A stretch of DNA of 64,000 bases from Paraspadella gotoi (GCA_051294375.1 CM119267.1:19380709-19444708); one strand, 5' to 3'; positions 1 through 13,199 are shown, counted from the first letter of the stretch. The notes: generated from the sequence alone by a model not told the origin. Numbers and translations are program-made.

Positions 1-662
1 AGATGGCGGAAAGGGTAACTCTTCGTGGTCTCCGTGTCTCCCTCTAAACGAGAAGTACTCTTGGGAGAGATTAAAACGACACTATACTTTCCCAACGATG
101 TCGGGTTTTCCTTTGCTCCTTTCTCTCTCTCTCNNNNNNNNNNNNNNNNNNNNNNNNNNNNNNNNNNNNNNNNNNNNNNNNNNNNNNNNNNNNNNNNNNN
201 NNNNNNNNNNNNNNNNNNNNNNNNNNNNNNNNNNNNNNNNNNNNNNNNNNNNNNNNTCTCTCTTTTCCTTTCTATTTCTCCAATATCTCGTTTTTCACCT
301 AAGAAATTGAAACAACTTTATCCATTCATTCAATAAATAAGCTATCTCGCATCAGACTTTTGACAGGCGGTACGTTGAGTTAAGGATGAGGATTCCATCC
401 TTATATCATTCTTTCCCTGCGTCCCTCTCCACTCTCAAGTTTCCACCTTCCCCCATCCCCTCCACCCCCCCTACTCTTACCCCTCCCTACCCTTCACCCT
501 TTCCCTTTCTTTCATCGACGCGACGCGTAATTCGAATCGCTCACACTTCGCCAGTCACGAGACTCGCTGACAACCGACGAACCGACAGGTATTAAAATCT
601 ATTAACGATATTAATTCTCATATCGACCGCGAGGTGCAGTAGAGAGCTTTACATATGGCGCC

Positions 663-704
<42 letters not shown>

Positions 705-2784
705 CCTCTCTCTCCAGCGTCGGCCTCTCTTCGGGTTCTTTCTTGTTACCTTCATGAGGGGCTTTCCTGTATGTACTATTTCTGCCACGTTTGGGTCAAG
801 TGGAATCTATCTTCTGTGCCACAAACTCAATATATCTCGTTTTTCACTGCGATAATGAAATTTGGACTAAAGGCGAACTAAGAGACAGTAGCCATAGATT
901 TCAATATGGTTTCATATGAAAATAGATAGTGCTATTGCATCTGTCATTACAGTACTTGGTGTTGACAAGTGCTGTGAGAAATAGGATAGGAATGTAGGCA
1001 CGTCTCATGGCCTTATAAATCGAGTCTTTCAACAGCATGCAGTCGTCCTAACACATCTAAGTGAGTCTTATGAGCTCTTGTTTGATTCTTCCGCGAGACA
1101 AATCGAATTTGAGAGCTGAACTGCTCATGTTAACACGCGGCTGCGAATTCGTTTATCACTAATTGAGTTCGATTGCAATCTGTGTTTCTTTTTATTGTTG
1201 AACCCACGCTGAAACTCTACATACGTTCTAATCCCTCGCGGCTCAAGTCCAGCTACCCCTTCTCTGACTTTCCCTTCCAACAGACTGCGTAACTACGAGT
1301 AAGATGTCCAGAGGAAGCGCTCCACAAACATAGGTCGCACAGTTCGACGGACACACCGGCAGATATCCTCAAGCATCCGACGACACCGATATGCAGGTAT
1401 TAAAAGCTATACAGGAATCTGATTGATGAGAGGTGGCTTCTATGAATCAGGCCCTGCTGAGATAGCGTGGCATGTAGAGAGCTTTTACATATGGCGACCG
1501 AGATGAGCGATACTCTGCTCTCAGAGTTGTTTGTCGTCAATGTTGTGATGTTTCAGGTTCTCTCTCATCTTATGCGATATGTCTCGAACTCTCTCTCTCT
1601 TCATCTTCTCTCCTCCAATCTACAGGCGCTTGATTAATTTCGGGGCAAGATCTCTGAATTGAGGCCCGGGATGGTTTTTTCCCATCGTGGAATTTTCGCA
1701 CATTTTAGGTATCGCCAAACACTGTTGTGTCTTGCGATTCTTTGTGTGAGTTGTGCTGCAGCACGCGATAGCTCGGCATAACTCTGAGTCTGTTTGGTAC
1801 ATTGCATTGCCGACCTCGTGTCTCCTCATTCTTGACAATGTAAAGCATACTGTAAACTTCTTACATCAGTAAAATATTCATGTCGACCGAAATGAATTTC
1901 GTAAACATACTTAATGTTTGTTTGTTATATGGTTTTCAGCTGTATTTCCTGTTCTAACATGAGCTTAATCAAGTCACTTGACATTTCCAATCTCTTGGCA
2001 TTCCCCTAGTTTGTGCTGCCCCTCAGCTCGCTTCTAAGGGTCTTTTAACAAACTGTCTCAGGTTTTGGACGGAGAAGAACACACTGTTCTATTCTAAAGC
2101 AATCGCATTAATTGTCCCTCTTTCTAACAGGAATTTCCGCGATTCTAAACTCCCCGTTAATTGAGACAATCAATGTGAGACAGTTATCCGTGTTCAAGTT
2201 CTGCGACTTAAACTTTATGCGATTGGAGAGTAAGAACTTTTGTCATAATCTCGGACTGACCTCTTTCGCATTCACCTCTCGGTCCCCGCTCTTGGTTCTT
2301 GCGTCATCGTCCGTTGCAATCTCCTTGTGCGTTATACTCGGGTACATCTGCATCTCTCAGTTACTTTCTTCCCCATCCTCTCNNNNNNNNNNNNNNNNNN
2401 NNNNNNNTTTTTTTAACGCGCCAGATAATCTTCATCCTCTGTCATTTCATCTCCGACGTGTATTGTGGATCGTTTGGCGTGACCTTGACAGTTTTTTTTC
2501 TCGTTTTCACTGGCGAAAGCGTCGACAGTAATGATAATTAATACGTATCACGAGCGTAGAAAAAATCATGCGACGGTGTCGCCCTACGACCAAAATCTTT
2601 AAAAAAAAAGGCAAACAATTTTTGCGTCGGACCCAGTTCTCTTCATTGCACAATTCCAGCCAGAAACAGATTTTAAACACATTCTAAACTCAATGTTTCT
2701 TTTTTTGTCGTCCGTAAATATAGTCAAAGTCAATTATGTTTGTAAATATTCGAGAGTGAAAGGGAAAAAAATAGGTTAACTTAC

Positions 2785-2927
2785 ATTCCGGGTGAGTTCA
2801 CCGACCATCCCGTTCCAGAAGCCCGTCTTTTCGTCCTGGGCTCCATATTTGGAGTCGTTGACGAGCTTGATGACGTAGTCGAACCCGCACTTGTGGGCCA
2901 GCTTCTCCACCAGGTCCGCGCAATAAC
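2785..2927 (-). CDS. iGluR exon 14 (S1); gene continues toward/beyond the window start
   Basis: CAG acceptor, GTAAGT donor, phase 1-0. Encodes [48 protein letters not shown] with the hallmark GYC.DL, D.KYGA and WNGMVGEL motifs. Confidence 0.97.
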
Positions 2928-3717
2928 CTGTGGTCAAACGTGGTCGCATTGGTTTGTTATCGATTTGTTATTGGGTTAAATTTGAAAACAAGTAAAACAA
3001 AAAATCTCATTTGCATATTGCAGTATTTATTGTAATGTCTCTTAATCGAGTAAACAAGAAAATATTTTCACCATTTTCTAAAGATTCGAATTAACTTTCT
3101 ACTCCGTGTCTAATTGCAAAGAACAAAAACAATCATTCTAACCAGTTATAACTAGATCAGGGTTTTTTTTAATTTTCTGTGTTATTAAATAATAGAATGC
3201 TGACTGTTTTCAGAATGTAAATTATTTTGTTAAAGAATGTTCTTTTTTTTCAAAATCCTAGCTTTACTTTTTCGTTTTTGTTTATCTTTTCATTATGTTA
3301 ACACTGCTTTTTGGTATTAATAAAAAAAAATATTTGCTTGATTAGTCCCCGAACTAATCTTTTTTCTAAATTTCTTCTTTTTGTTTTCACTTTTATTTGC
3401 TCTGTTTTCTTTTCAGAAAAAAAAAACCTTTTAATATTCATTTTGGTATTTAAAAAAAATGAATAAAAAAAATCCTTTTCTTACGTGATTAACCGCTTTT
3501 TAACCGCTATTTTCTCAAACACGTGGGCTGAAAGATTAAAGCTTATATAATAATAAAAAATGGTAAAATCAAAACCCATTTCTTTTTAAAATCATTATTC
3601 AAACAGAAATCGTATTTTACTCACGTTATTGTCTTTCGATTTAAATTTTCTTTGGCAAACATTTCATCAGTACATTTACTAAAAATATAATCAACACAAA
3701 TTTGAAACTATAATCAC

Positions 3718-3790
3718 CGTAATATCGGTCGTTGCCGTAGGCCACTTCTCCTTCATCAGTTTTTTCTCGCTCCATCAGGTAGGGCTCCGT
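3718..3790 (-). CDS. iGluR exon 13 (S1 ligand-binding segment)
   Basis: CAG acceptor, G|GTGATT donor, 73 nt, phase 0-1. Encodes TEPYLMEREKTDEGEVAYGNDRYY (cf. 'ESPYVM...GNERYEG'). Confidence 0.92.
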
Positions 3791-3873
3791 CTGTAGCAGT
3801 GAGGGAGGTAGAAGGTAAGGCCATTAGGGGACAAAAAAGATGGTGGCTTATCTGAAAAATTAGTTTGAAATTT

Positions 3874-3962
3874 AAACGAACGAACGAACGAACGAACGAA
3901 CGAACGAACGAACGAACCAACGAACGAACCGACGAACGAACGAAATAAACGAACGAGCGAAC
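3874..3962. repeat. (AACG)n microsatellite
   Basis: Directly visible. Confidence 0.95.
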
Positions 3963-4767
3963 GCCTGAGTGCGATTCTTATCCAACTGTTAAAACGGAGA
4001 GAGCAAAGCCGTTAGTGCGAAAGAAATGAGAGCGAGAGAAAAGAACCGAAGTGGAAGAAAAAGATCGGAGGTGATTGGAGGTGATTCGCTAACGACCGAG
4101 CGGTGATTGAGAGGTGATCAGATTTGTGAAACTGGAGGTGATCGAGTGATAATCGCGCGGTGAACGGAATCGAAGACCCCGGTGAGGGAATGNNNNNNNN
4201 NNNNNNNNNNNNNNNNNNNNNNNNNNNNNNNNNNNNNNNNNNNNNNNNNNNNNNNNNNNNNNNNNNNNNNNNNNNNNNNNNNNNNNNNNNNNNNNNNNNN
4301 NNNNNNNNNNNNNNNNNNNNNNNNNNNNNNNNNNNNNNNNNNNNNNNNNNNNNNNNNNNNNNNNNNNNNNNNNNNNNNNNNNNNNNNNNNNNNNNNNNNN
4401 NNNNNNNNNNNNNNNNNNNNNNNNNNNNNNNNNNNNNNNNNNNNNNNNNNNACAAATAGCTGATCACTGTAATTAAAAACAAATTCAATTCTTTAAAATA
4501 AATTAATTACGCGGAAAGGTAAGAAATTATTAGCAGTTATTTTTTAGGACTCAAAAATTTCTCTTCAACGGATCTAATTTAAAAATCTACTTTTCTAATT
4601 GGAAACACGAAAGCGGAAAGAATATTATAGAGCGAAAAGGAAAATAGGCGTCAAAAAAAAAGGAAGATAAAGGAAAGTTTTCGAAAGGAAAAGGGATTCA
4701 CACGGCCTGTGCTGTAGTTGGCTCAAAAAGAGAGGAGAAAAAATTAAAAGAAAGTAGAAAAGATAAG

Positions 4768-4817
4768 AAGAAAGAAAGAAAGAAATGAAAGAAAGAAAGA
4801 AAGAAAGAAAGAAATGA

Positions 4818-4904
<87 letters not shown>

Positions 4905-4905
4905 G
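4768..4905. repeat. (GAAA)n microsatellite
   Basis: Directly visible. Confidence 0.95.
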
Positions 4906-5192
4906 AAAAAAAAATAATGGGAGAAGAAAAAGAATAGAAAGACATAAAGGAGACGATATAAACCGTCGGGTTTGGCGTCGTCGTCCCCCTGGGGAGAACT
5001 CGACGCGCGCGAGTGAGAGACGCAAGACGCATTCGCCAGGTAATCAAAGAGTAATTAAATGAATAATTTAAGGCATTTAAATGAATAATTAAAAACATTT
5101 CGAAATGAATAATTGAACGAAAGACGAGGAACGTTTCGCGGTCGGGCAGGCTTCTGCCGGCGTGACACGAGTGGGAGAATTCATAAATTCCC

Positions 5193-5227
<35 letters not shown>

Positions 5228-6007
5228 TCCCCGAGACAGTGTTATGGCGGGAAGAGGCGAATGAGCGCGGGGGGAACCGCATTAACAATAACAATAACAA
5301 AANNNNNNNNNNNNNNNNNNNNNNNNNNNNNNNNNNNNNNNNNNNNNNNNNNNNNNNNNNNNNNNNNNNNNNNNNNNNNNNNNNNNNNNNNNNNNNNNNN
5401 NNNNNNNNNNNNNNNNNNNNNNNNNNNNNNNNNNNNNNNNNNNNNNNNNNNNNNNCAGAACGCTGCGATGCCAGCTCCTCAAAATACATAAGGGATGAGA
5501 AAGCGAAACTGGATTTTTAAGTTCGACTGAACACGATACGAGATTATTGAAGGCTTTTTGGTGAATTTCTCCCAAGCGGCCTTCACAAAGTAACAAACAC
5601 ATCTAACACCCAAACAAACATATTTAATTAATATTATCTTCATAAACCTTAGTATTGCTTCTAAAGAATGGCTTTTCAGTTACGTTTTTCGCCCAACCTA
5701 GGCGATCTCTTCCCCTCTCAACCCGAGTATTTTAAGCCGTTTTTAAGNNNNNNNNNNNNNNNNNNNNNNNNNNNNNNNNNNNNNNNNNNNNNNNNNNNNN
5801 NNNNNNNNNNNNGCGTTTTAAAAAGTTAAAATAAACTAAATTTAAGTAATAAATATTTCCTCAATCTATGACCATCAAACAGTGTATTCTCACCCTCTAT
5901 ATTCTCATTGGTCAATAAGCATTGAACAAAATTCATAGTTCTTACCTAAGTTCTAAGAATTATATCAGCAGGAACCGTACTTATCATCATTACCATCATT
6001 AACTCAC

Positions 6008-6112
6008 CAAAATGCTGGTAACGATTCTCGTTTTGTTCATGGCAGATATGGGTCCGGGACGACCCCTCGCCGCCGAGGTTTGAAGGCCGCGCCCTTCTAC
6101 CCAACTGCCCAT
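6008..6112 (-). CDS. iGluR exon 12 (ATD-S1 linker)
   Basis: TTTTCCAG acceptor, GTGAGT donor, 105 nt. Encodes MGSWVEGRGLQTSAARGRPGPISAMNKTRIVTSIL (cf. GluA 'IGYW...NKTVVVTTIL'). Confidence 0.92.
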
Positions 6113-6270
6113 CTGGAAAAGGAAGGTGAAAGGGGAGGAAGGGGAGGAAGGGTAGGAAGGGAACAGGGGGAGGGGTGTAGGACATTAGTGGAACACGTTG
6201 GAAATACGGGGGATGTGGGGTCATTGAGACAGCGAGAAGTGGATAGTGGAAGTGAAACTGAAAAGATTGT

Positions 6271-6575
6271 TAGTTCCGCCGCGAGTACTCGCGGAGCAAC
6301 TCTGTAAGTCACCTTTCGGTCGGTCTGTCCCACTTACGTTAAAAATACATAGAATTCGCCTAAATTGGTTGCTCATTAGTTAAATTAGATGCCTTTTAAC
6401 ATAAGTAGGACAGACCGACGGTCAGACATACCGACGGACCCACCGACAGACNNNNNNNNNNATTTTAACATAAGTAGGACAGACCGACGGTCAGACATAC
6501 AGACGGACCCACCGACAGACCGATCGAAAAGTGACTTATAGAGTTCCTCCGCGAGTACTCGCGGCGCAACTAAAA
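6271..6575. mobile_element. Short non-autonomous repeat: two inverted copies of a hairpin-capped element with GACN microsatellite (DINE/HINE-like or MITE-like)
   Basis: Perfect palindrome CCGCGAGTACTCGCGG at 6279-6294 and 6549-6564 within ~60-bp inverted arms, with internal GACA/GACC/GACG repeats. Related copies occur at 45335-45435 and 47780-47860. Confidence 0.7.
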
Positions 6576-9500
6576 TGACAAGATTCCGATGCAATGCGTG
6601 TGATAAATACATTTGAATTACCGTTCTTGTTTCGTAAGTTTTAAGTTGTGTTTGTAGCGGATCTGGTCGGAACTATTGTCAATTAAGGGTTCACAGATCT
6701 TAGGATTAAAAAAAGATTGTCTCGAGAAAGACATCTAGAGATTGAAGGTGGTTCGAAGGGCGTGGTGTTATATCCTTATCGGGCTGCTGGCTGAGTCTTA
6801 TGGTTTGAAGAGGTCAAGAGCAGAGGGTCGATATAAGAGGAAATTGAAAGGAAAAACGAAGAGGAAGAGCAAGATTACGAAATGGGGCGAGTGAGATAGA
6901 GAGCGAGAGAGAGAGAAAAAAAATAATGATTAATGGAACGGAATCGGAGGGAATATTTTGAGAAGGAGCGTCATGTCGGGGAATAATCCGTCGGGTTTCC
7001 TTTACGTATTTTATGACTTTTTATTATTTCGGTTTGAAAGAATAAGGACAATTCGGATAATATAATAAATACGTATAAGGTAATATAACAAGTACGTATA
7101 AGGTAATAAAAACTCTCGACAAAATATTTAAAATAAATTTAAATACATATTTTTATGTCGAATTAACGCATCTTTTAAGTCGTTAGCATATTTCCATATA
7201 AAACAAAAGAATAAATTTCATCGAAAGAACAATCTAACAAATCATCATAGGCTGCTTACGAGTAAGCTTACTTAAATAAAAGATATAATTCTATAAGTTA
7301 CTTAATGTAACATCTATTAAAGAAACTCACTCTTTCTGAAACCTTATCACTTCTTTATTCTATCATTGACTAACCGAATGACCGGTGTAACGATTATTTT
7401 TCTTTATGTGACGCTAAAACTGTCCCGTTCAAAAATAAAACACGTTCCCTTCGACTGGCCAGTGACCAGTACCCCCGCTCAAAGTCAAACCCCCTCAACG
7501 TTTTCCCGCCAAAAATCTCGACCCCCTTCTGACCGCACGGATGTAAAAATCTCCACCGAGGATTACGAGAACTCGGCGACCGTTCGTAACCATCGCCATC
7601 TATCTTCGTTTCCGTATAAAACNNNNNNNNNNNNNNNNNNNNNNNNNNNNNNNNNNNNNNNNNNNNNNNNNNNNNNNNNNNNNNNNNNNNNNNNNNNNNN
7701 NNNNNNNNNNNNNNNNNNNNNNNNNNNNNNNNNNNNNNNNNNNNNNNNNNNNNNNNNNNNNNNNNNNNNNNNNNNNNNNNNNNNNNNNNNNNNNNNNNNN
7801 NNNNNNNNNNNNNAAAAAAAACGAGAAAGAAAAGAACATTCATTTTTCTTTATAACGTCGCCTTCGACAGTGTCGCCAGTCTCGTTGTCGTCGTCTTTTT
7901 GTCCAACAAAAGAACAATTCGCACATAAGGACAAAGTCTGAATTATTGTCGTCATGATAAAAAAAGAGACTAAAACCTAAAAGCTTTGAAATTATTGAAT
8001 GAGAAAAAAAATGTGATAAACGACGAAGTCGAAACTTCAAAAGGTCAAAACAATTTTTTTTTATATGTAGCAGATTAATTTGTGAATTATTTCAAAATAT
8101 TTCAAATTATTTCAATCTCATTTGCATATACATGGTCGTATTCTGATTAAGCATTGATAAATTTTTGTTCTCTTGCCCTGAAGGTTTAATAATTAATAAT
8201 TAATATTAATATTTTAAATTGGCAAATGATCATGTTATGATTAATCACTGATTAATAATCAGGGTAATCAATCTAATACAGATATACCACACTTCTATAT
8301 ATCTTTTACTCCTACTCTCTTCCCCTCCCTCTTTCATCGTTTTCCTCATTTCCGTTTAATTTTTTTCGCTGCGTTCTTTCTTTCTTCATAAATCCTTTTA
8401 TTCTCTAATATTGAAAATTTTTACAGTATTTTTAAATATAGCAATAGCCAAAAAAACTAAGAATGTTGAGAGAGAGAGAGNNNNNNNNNNNNNNNNNNNN
8501 NNNNNNNNNNNNNNNNNNNNNNNNNNNNNNNNNNNNNNNNNNNNNNNNNNNNNNNNNNNNNNNNNNNNNNNNNNNNNNNNNNNNNNNNNNNNNNNNNNNN
8601 NNNNNNNNNNNNNNNNNNNNNNNNNNNNNNNNNNNNNNNNNNNNNNNNNNNNNNNNNNNNNNNNNNNNNNNNNNNNNNNNNNNNNNNNNNNNNNNNNNNN
8701 NNNNNNNNNNNNNNNNNNNNNNNNNNNNNNNNNNNNNNNNNNNNNNNNNNNNNNNNNNNNNNNNNNNNNNNNNNNNNNNNNNNNNNNNNNNNNNNNNNNT
8801 CTCTCTTTCTCTTTATTTATATAACCTAGAATTATGAGATGCATTAAACGGCAGACGTGAAAAACATCGAAAACGCGTTCAAAATTTCATGTTCCGAATC
8901 CCACGCAAATCACGTGCGCNNNNNNNNNNNNNNNNNNNNNNNNNNNNNNNNNNNNNNNNNNNNNNNNNNNNNNNNNNNNNNNNNNNNNNNNNNNNNNNNN
9001 NNNNNNNNNNNNNNNNNNNNNNNNNNNNNNNNNNNNNNNNNNNNNNNNNNNNNNNNNNNNNNNNNNNNNNNNNNNNNNNNNNNNNNNNNNNNNNNNNNNN
9101 NNNNNNNNNNNNNNNNNNNNNNNNNNNNNNNNNNNNNNNNNNNNNNNNNNNNNNNNNNNNNNNNNNNNNNNNNNNNNNNNNNNNNNNNNNNNNNNNNNNN
9201 NNNNNNNNAAAAAAAACCTAAGGATATCAATCAAAATCGAAATGAAAATACAAATTGAATACAAATAGATTACAAATGGAATTCAAATGGGAACAAATTT
9301 CGGCGAAAAAAAAAACTCAATTTTCTTTCTCTCATCATGACATTTTTTCTTCGACACATGGGAAGAGAAAGTTGAGAGGAAAAGTCAAGGAGAGGATAAG
9401 AAAGATTGAAAGAGAGGAAATCGAAAACGTGCCGGAGCGACGCACGACGACGAGCGACGAACGACGACGGACGAAGAGAAGGTTGAGCCTTCCGCAAAAC

Positions 9501-10853
9501 AGAGAAAAACATNNNNNNNNNNNNNNNNNNNNNNNNNNNNNNNNNNNNNNNNNNNNNNNNNNNNNNNNNNNNNNNNNNNNNNNNNNNNNNNNNNNNNNNN
9601 NNNNNNNNNNNNNNNNNNNNNNNNNNNNNNNNNNNNNNNNNNNNNNNNNNNNNCTCGGATGCCGATTCGTCCCTTTCCCCACCAATCTTTCGCTCCCTAA
9701 CTCAAAACCGCTTTTCCTCCCAGCCTTACCCACTCAAGCCGTCGTTTACTCACCCCGTTCTTGTTAAGCCTTAACTTACCAAGTTTTCTTTCTTATATGT
9801 ACACTTTTTCAAACTGCCATGTCTGTCCATCTGTCCCTCTGTTAGTCTGTTTGTCTGTGTGTCCCCAACCCAATTGTATAATTGGGCTTCAACTCGCCAC
9901 CCTGGGTTTTAAAACCGTAATTTCCTTTCGGCAAAAAAATTTTGTATTACCCCACTAACTTTTTTTTATTTTCACGATGTACTTTAAACTTAGCGCAAGA
10001 GAAAATAAATAAAATGTTGTATATAAGTTATTTATTTCGTCCTTACAATAAGACTTTTTTGTATTTTTTGAAATTCGGATAAAATGTTTCTTTTTTTCAA
10101 GCCCAACCCAGTCCGAACCGTCTCTCTAACCTCACGTGTCCAAAAGTGACCCAATACATTTGTTTGGGCAGCTCAATCCTAAGCTCGACCCACGCAGCTT
10201 TCCACATTCCTCCCAAATTTTGCTTGAAAGAAAATAGAAAAAAAAGAAGCTTGCAACGAATTGAAATTGAGCGAAAATGAGGCGAAATAAATTTGTCCTT
10301 GTTGCTGATGTCGATACCCATTTTCTGGATTTCCACGCCCAAACGCACTTTCTTTCTTTCTTTTCTTTCTTTCTCTTTCTTTTTTCTTTCTTTCTTTCTT
10401 TCTTTCTTTCTCTCTTTTTTTTTTCTTTCTCTCTTTCTCTCTTATCCTTTTTTCACAGAATGTTCTTTTATTCTTTCATTTTATTGTTTCTTTCACCATT
10501 TTTTCATTCTTTCACCCATTTTTTTCTCGGCGCTATTTTTCTTCCTCCGCTTTCCTGCCCCGCCCCCCCTCCTCCTTTAAATTGCTTTCCATTTCAACCC
10601 TCATCAAATATTTCGCCCAATTGTGTATTCAATCTCTGACGTCAGCTTTCGTTGACGAAAAAAAAAAAAAAGAATCATCCAATCACGTCACACTCGACTC
10701 CAGGAAAAAACGAAACCTCGTTTTCGTTTTTGGTTTATCTTCTCTTCTCGAGTCGGTGATTTCGGCGCAGTTAACGTCAGACGCCGCGCCCACCGGAGGC
10801 GTGGGCGGCGGAAACGGAGCTCAAATTCGATTGACTTTTCTGCGACGTAACGA

Positions 10854-10891
<38 letters not shown>

Positions 10892-11081
10892 ACGTCAACG
10901 TCGTCGTCAGTTTTGGTTTCGTTCCAGCGATCCTCACCATCGTCTTCATCCTTCTCAAAAGAGCTCACTTGATATTCCGACGAGACTACAAGCCACGGTT
11001 GACACGGCTGCCGTCGTCCGCATCGAACAACAGCAACAACAACAACAGCCGAAGAAGCCACAAACCACATTTATGAATCAC

Positions 11082-11189
11082 CTTCGTGGGGCCTTTGTTC
11101 AGACTGATTTCCATGACGTCGATCGTGAAATTTTTTCGCATCCCGAGTTTGTCGAACTTGATGAGACCGGTGAGGCCGTTGGTTTGAAC
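11082..11189 (-). CDS. iGluR exon 11 (end of ATD)
   Basis: CTCAG acceptor, AAG|GTGATT donor, 108 nt. Encodes VQTNGLTGLIKFDKLGMRKNFTIDVMEISLNKGPTK (GLTG.I.FD..G.R motif). Confidence 0.95.
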
Positions 11190-11699
11190 CTGAGAAACAA
11201 AATGTTATATGACGTAGCATTCTTACATAATTCACAAGTATATTGAGCTTATTTTATATAGATTCTGGCTCATGGTCTCTCGAATAGGCTTCCCCTATCT
11301 TCGGATCGTCAACGCGCAATGCGCTATGCAAGAAAGTCGGCGAGAAACGAAAATAAAACCGGATTCCATTTCGGTTCCATCCACTTCGAATTTATACCCA
11401 TTTCTGAGAAATCCAGAGAAGCGAAAAAAGCTTTACTCGCTTCATCGCTTCCGCTTTTTTCATTCTTTCGTGGATTCATATTTTATTTCGCCATTTTTTT
11501 TTCCTCTCAAACGGAATCTCTTTCTATTCTTCAACGAGATCGCCGAGTGTTTTTTTTTTCTCGTCAAAATAACAAAATAAACATTTAATCCTAGACTCGG
11601 AATTTAGCTCTCGAAGCGTTTATTCCACGCCCGATCGAATTTTCGCGCCAACAACCCAAAACACAAACACAAAACAAAAACAAAAATAGAGAAACTGAC

Positions 11700-11808
11700 C
11701 TCGTGAAGATTGCGCATGATGGTGACGCCGTGTTTCCAAACGTCCGGCGGTTGATTTCGACAATTGATTCCCGGATTGCTCTTTCCTTTGTTGTAGACTT
11801 TACCTCTC
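11700..11808 (-). CDS. iGluR exon 10 (ATD)
   Basis: TAG acceptor, GTCAGT donor, phase 2-0. Encodes (R)RGKVYNKGKSNPGINCRNQPPDVWKHGVTIMRNLHE with the conserved ATD Cys and W..G motif. Confidence 0.9.
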
Positions 11809-12188
11809 CTATGGATTGAGGAATATTGTTTATGTTGTTCTTTTATGTCTTTATATTACTCCTCATCTTTCTCTCCTTTCTTTCTATCATCCTTTTCTTT
11901 CCTCTCTCTCTCTCGTCTTCGTCTGTCTCTCGTCGTCTCATCTCTCTCTCTCTCTCATCCCTCTCTTTGTTTCCACTCTTCTCTTCCTCTCCTCTCTCTC
12001 GTCTCTTCTCTCTCTCCTCTGCTCTCATCGCTCTCTCTCTCCTCTCTCTCTCTCTCTCCTCTTGTTCTGCTCTCCGGTCTGTGTCCTCTCTCTCATCTCC
12101 TCTCTCTCTCTCTCTCTTCCTCGTCTCCCGCTCTTCTGCTCCTCTCTCTCTCTCTCCTCTCTCTCTCGTCTCTCTCTCTTAGTCTTAC

Positions 12189-12307
12189 CTCTCTCCTTTT
12201 ACTAGAATGTGCAAAACTGAATTTCTATCTGAGAATTTTTCTCCAAAATGGCGGGAAACAGCGCGTATAATCACGGCCACGCATGTGATCGTAACGGGGT
12301 ATTCCGT
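12189..12307 (-). CDS. iGluR exon 9 (ATD; sequence probably contains base errors)
   Basis: CAG acceptor after a CT tract, AG|GTAAGA donor, 119 nt, phase 0-2, exactly what is needed between exons 8 and 10. The translation TEYPVTITCVAVIIRAVSRHFGEK... only loosely matches the expected 'AL.YDAV.V' helix, and it sits next to a gap in noisy sequence. Confidence 0.65.
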
Positions 12308-12507
12308 CTGTGCAGAGAGAGAAGAGAGAGAGAGAGAGAANNNNNNNNNNNNNNNNNNNNNNNNNNNNNNNNNNNNNNNNNNNNNNNNNNNNNNNNNNNN
12401 NNNNNNNNNNNNNNNNNNNNNNNNNNNNNNNNNNNNGAGAGAGTGACAAGAATCTATAAATAATTCCTCTAACGCCACGCCTCGCAGCTGCATTTGTGCA
12501 TTCTCAC

Positions 12508-12669
12508 CGTAATATCTCTCGTTCCCGCCCGGAAGAATGTCTTGGGGTCTAAATGTTTCCAGGTTTCCAGAAAAGTCTTGACCTTTTGGTTGTTGGGATC
12601 CACGATGCGGAATCCGGTGATGTTGACGCCTCCGTACTTGAAGCGTTGGAGGTCCAACTGGTCAAAGTT
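12508..12669 (-). CDS. iGluR exon 8 (ATD)
   Basis: TAG acceptor, GTGAGA donor, 162 nt. Encodes NFDQLDLQRFKYGGVNITGFRIVDPNNQKVKTFLETWKHLDPKTFFRAGTRDIT with the diagnostic GG.N+TGF motif. Confidence 0.95.
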
Positions 12670-13145
12670 CTAGGCGCAAAACAAAGAGAAAATATTACCA
12701 GCGTAAGCAAGCAATTAAAATTTCAAATTTTAAAAAATTAAATCATAAACTTATTCATTTCTCACATTTTAGCTTTAGCGTATAACAAAATCCTGCAGTC
12801 TTTCTCTTTCTCTTNNNNNNNNNNNNNNNNNNNNNNNNNNNNNNNNNNNNNNNNNNNNNNNNNNNNNNNNNNNNNNNNNNNNNNNNNNNNNNNNNNNNNN
12901 NNNNNNNNNNNNNNNNNNNNNNNNNNNNNNNNTAAGGCAGCAAGGCTAAACTCTGATATTTATTCTTATTACCCAGAGGTCGGGAAATCACGCAGCCCGC
13001 CGTCTCTAAACAAATTCGTGATTTTAAACTCTTTTTAGAAAAATTTTCACGTTTGAAAAAAATAACGATCGCTTACTTAATTAATCTTTTCTCCCTGAAA
13101 TATAAGCTGTAGTAAATTTTTTTTCCTTAATCACTTATAACTTAC

Positions 13146-13199
13146 CAGACCCATAATCATGTAGTGATAAAGGCTTTTGTGCATCCCGAGGAGAAAGAT
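13146..13199 (-). CDS. iGluR exon 7 (ATD)
   Basis: TTTTCAG acceptor, GTAAGT donor, 54 nt. Encodes IFLLGMHKSLYHYMIMGL (cf. GluA2 VITIGKHVKGYHYIIANL). Confidence 0.92.

Noticed and set aside
560-1500. Degenerate direct duplication (CAGGTATTAAAA...TAGAGAGCTTT(T)ACATATGGCG at ~587-660 and ~1394-1496)
   Set aside because: Between N gaps, indel-rich and noisy; most likely overlapping raw-read gap fill. The next iGluR exon could not be recognised here.
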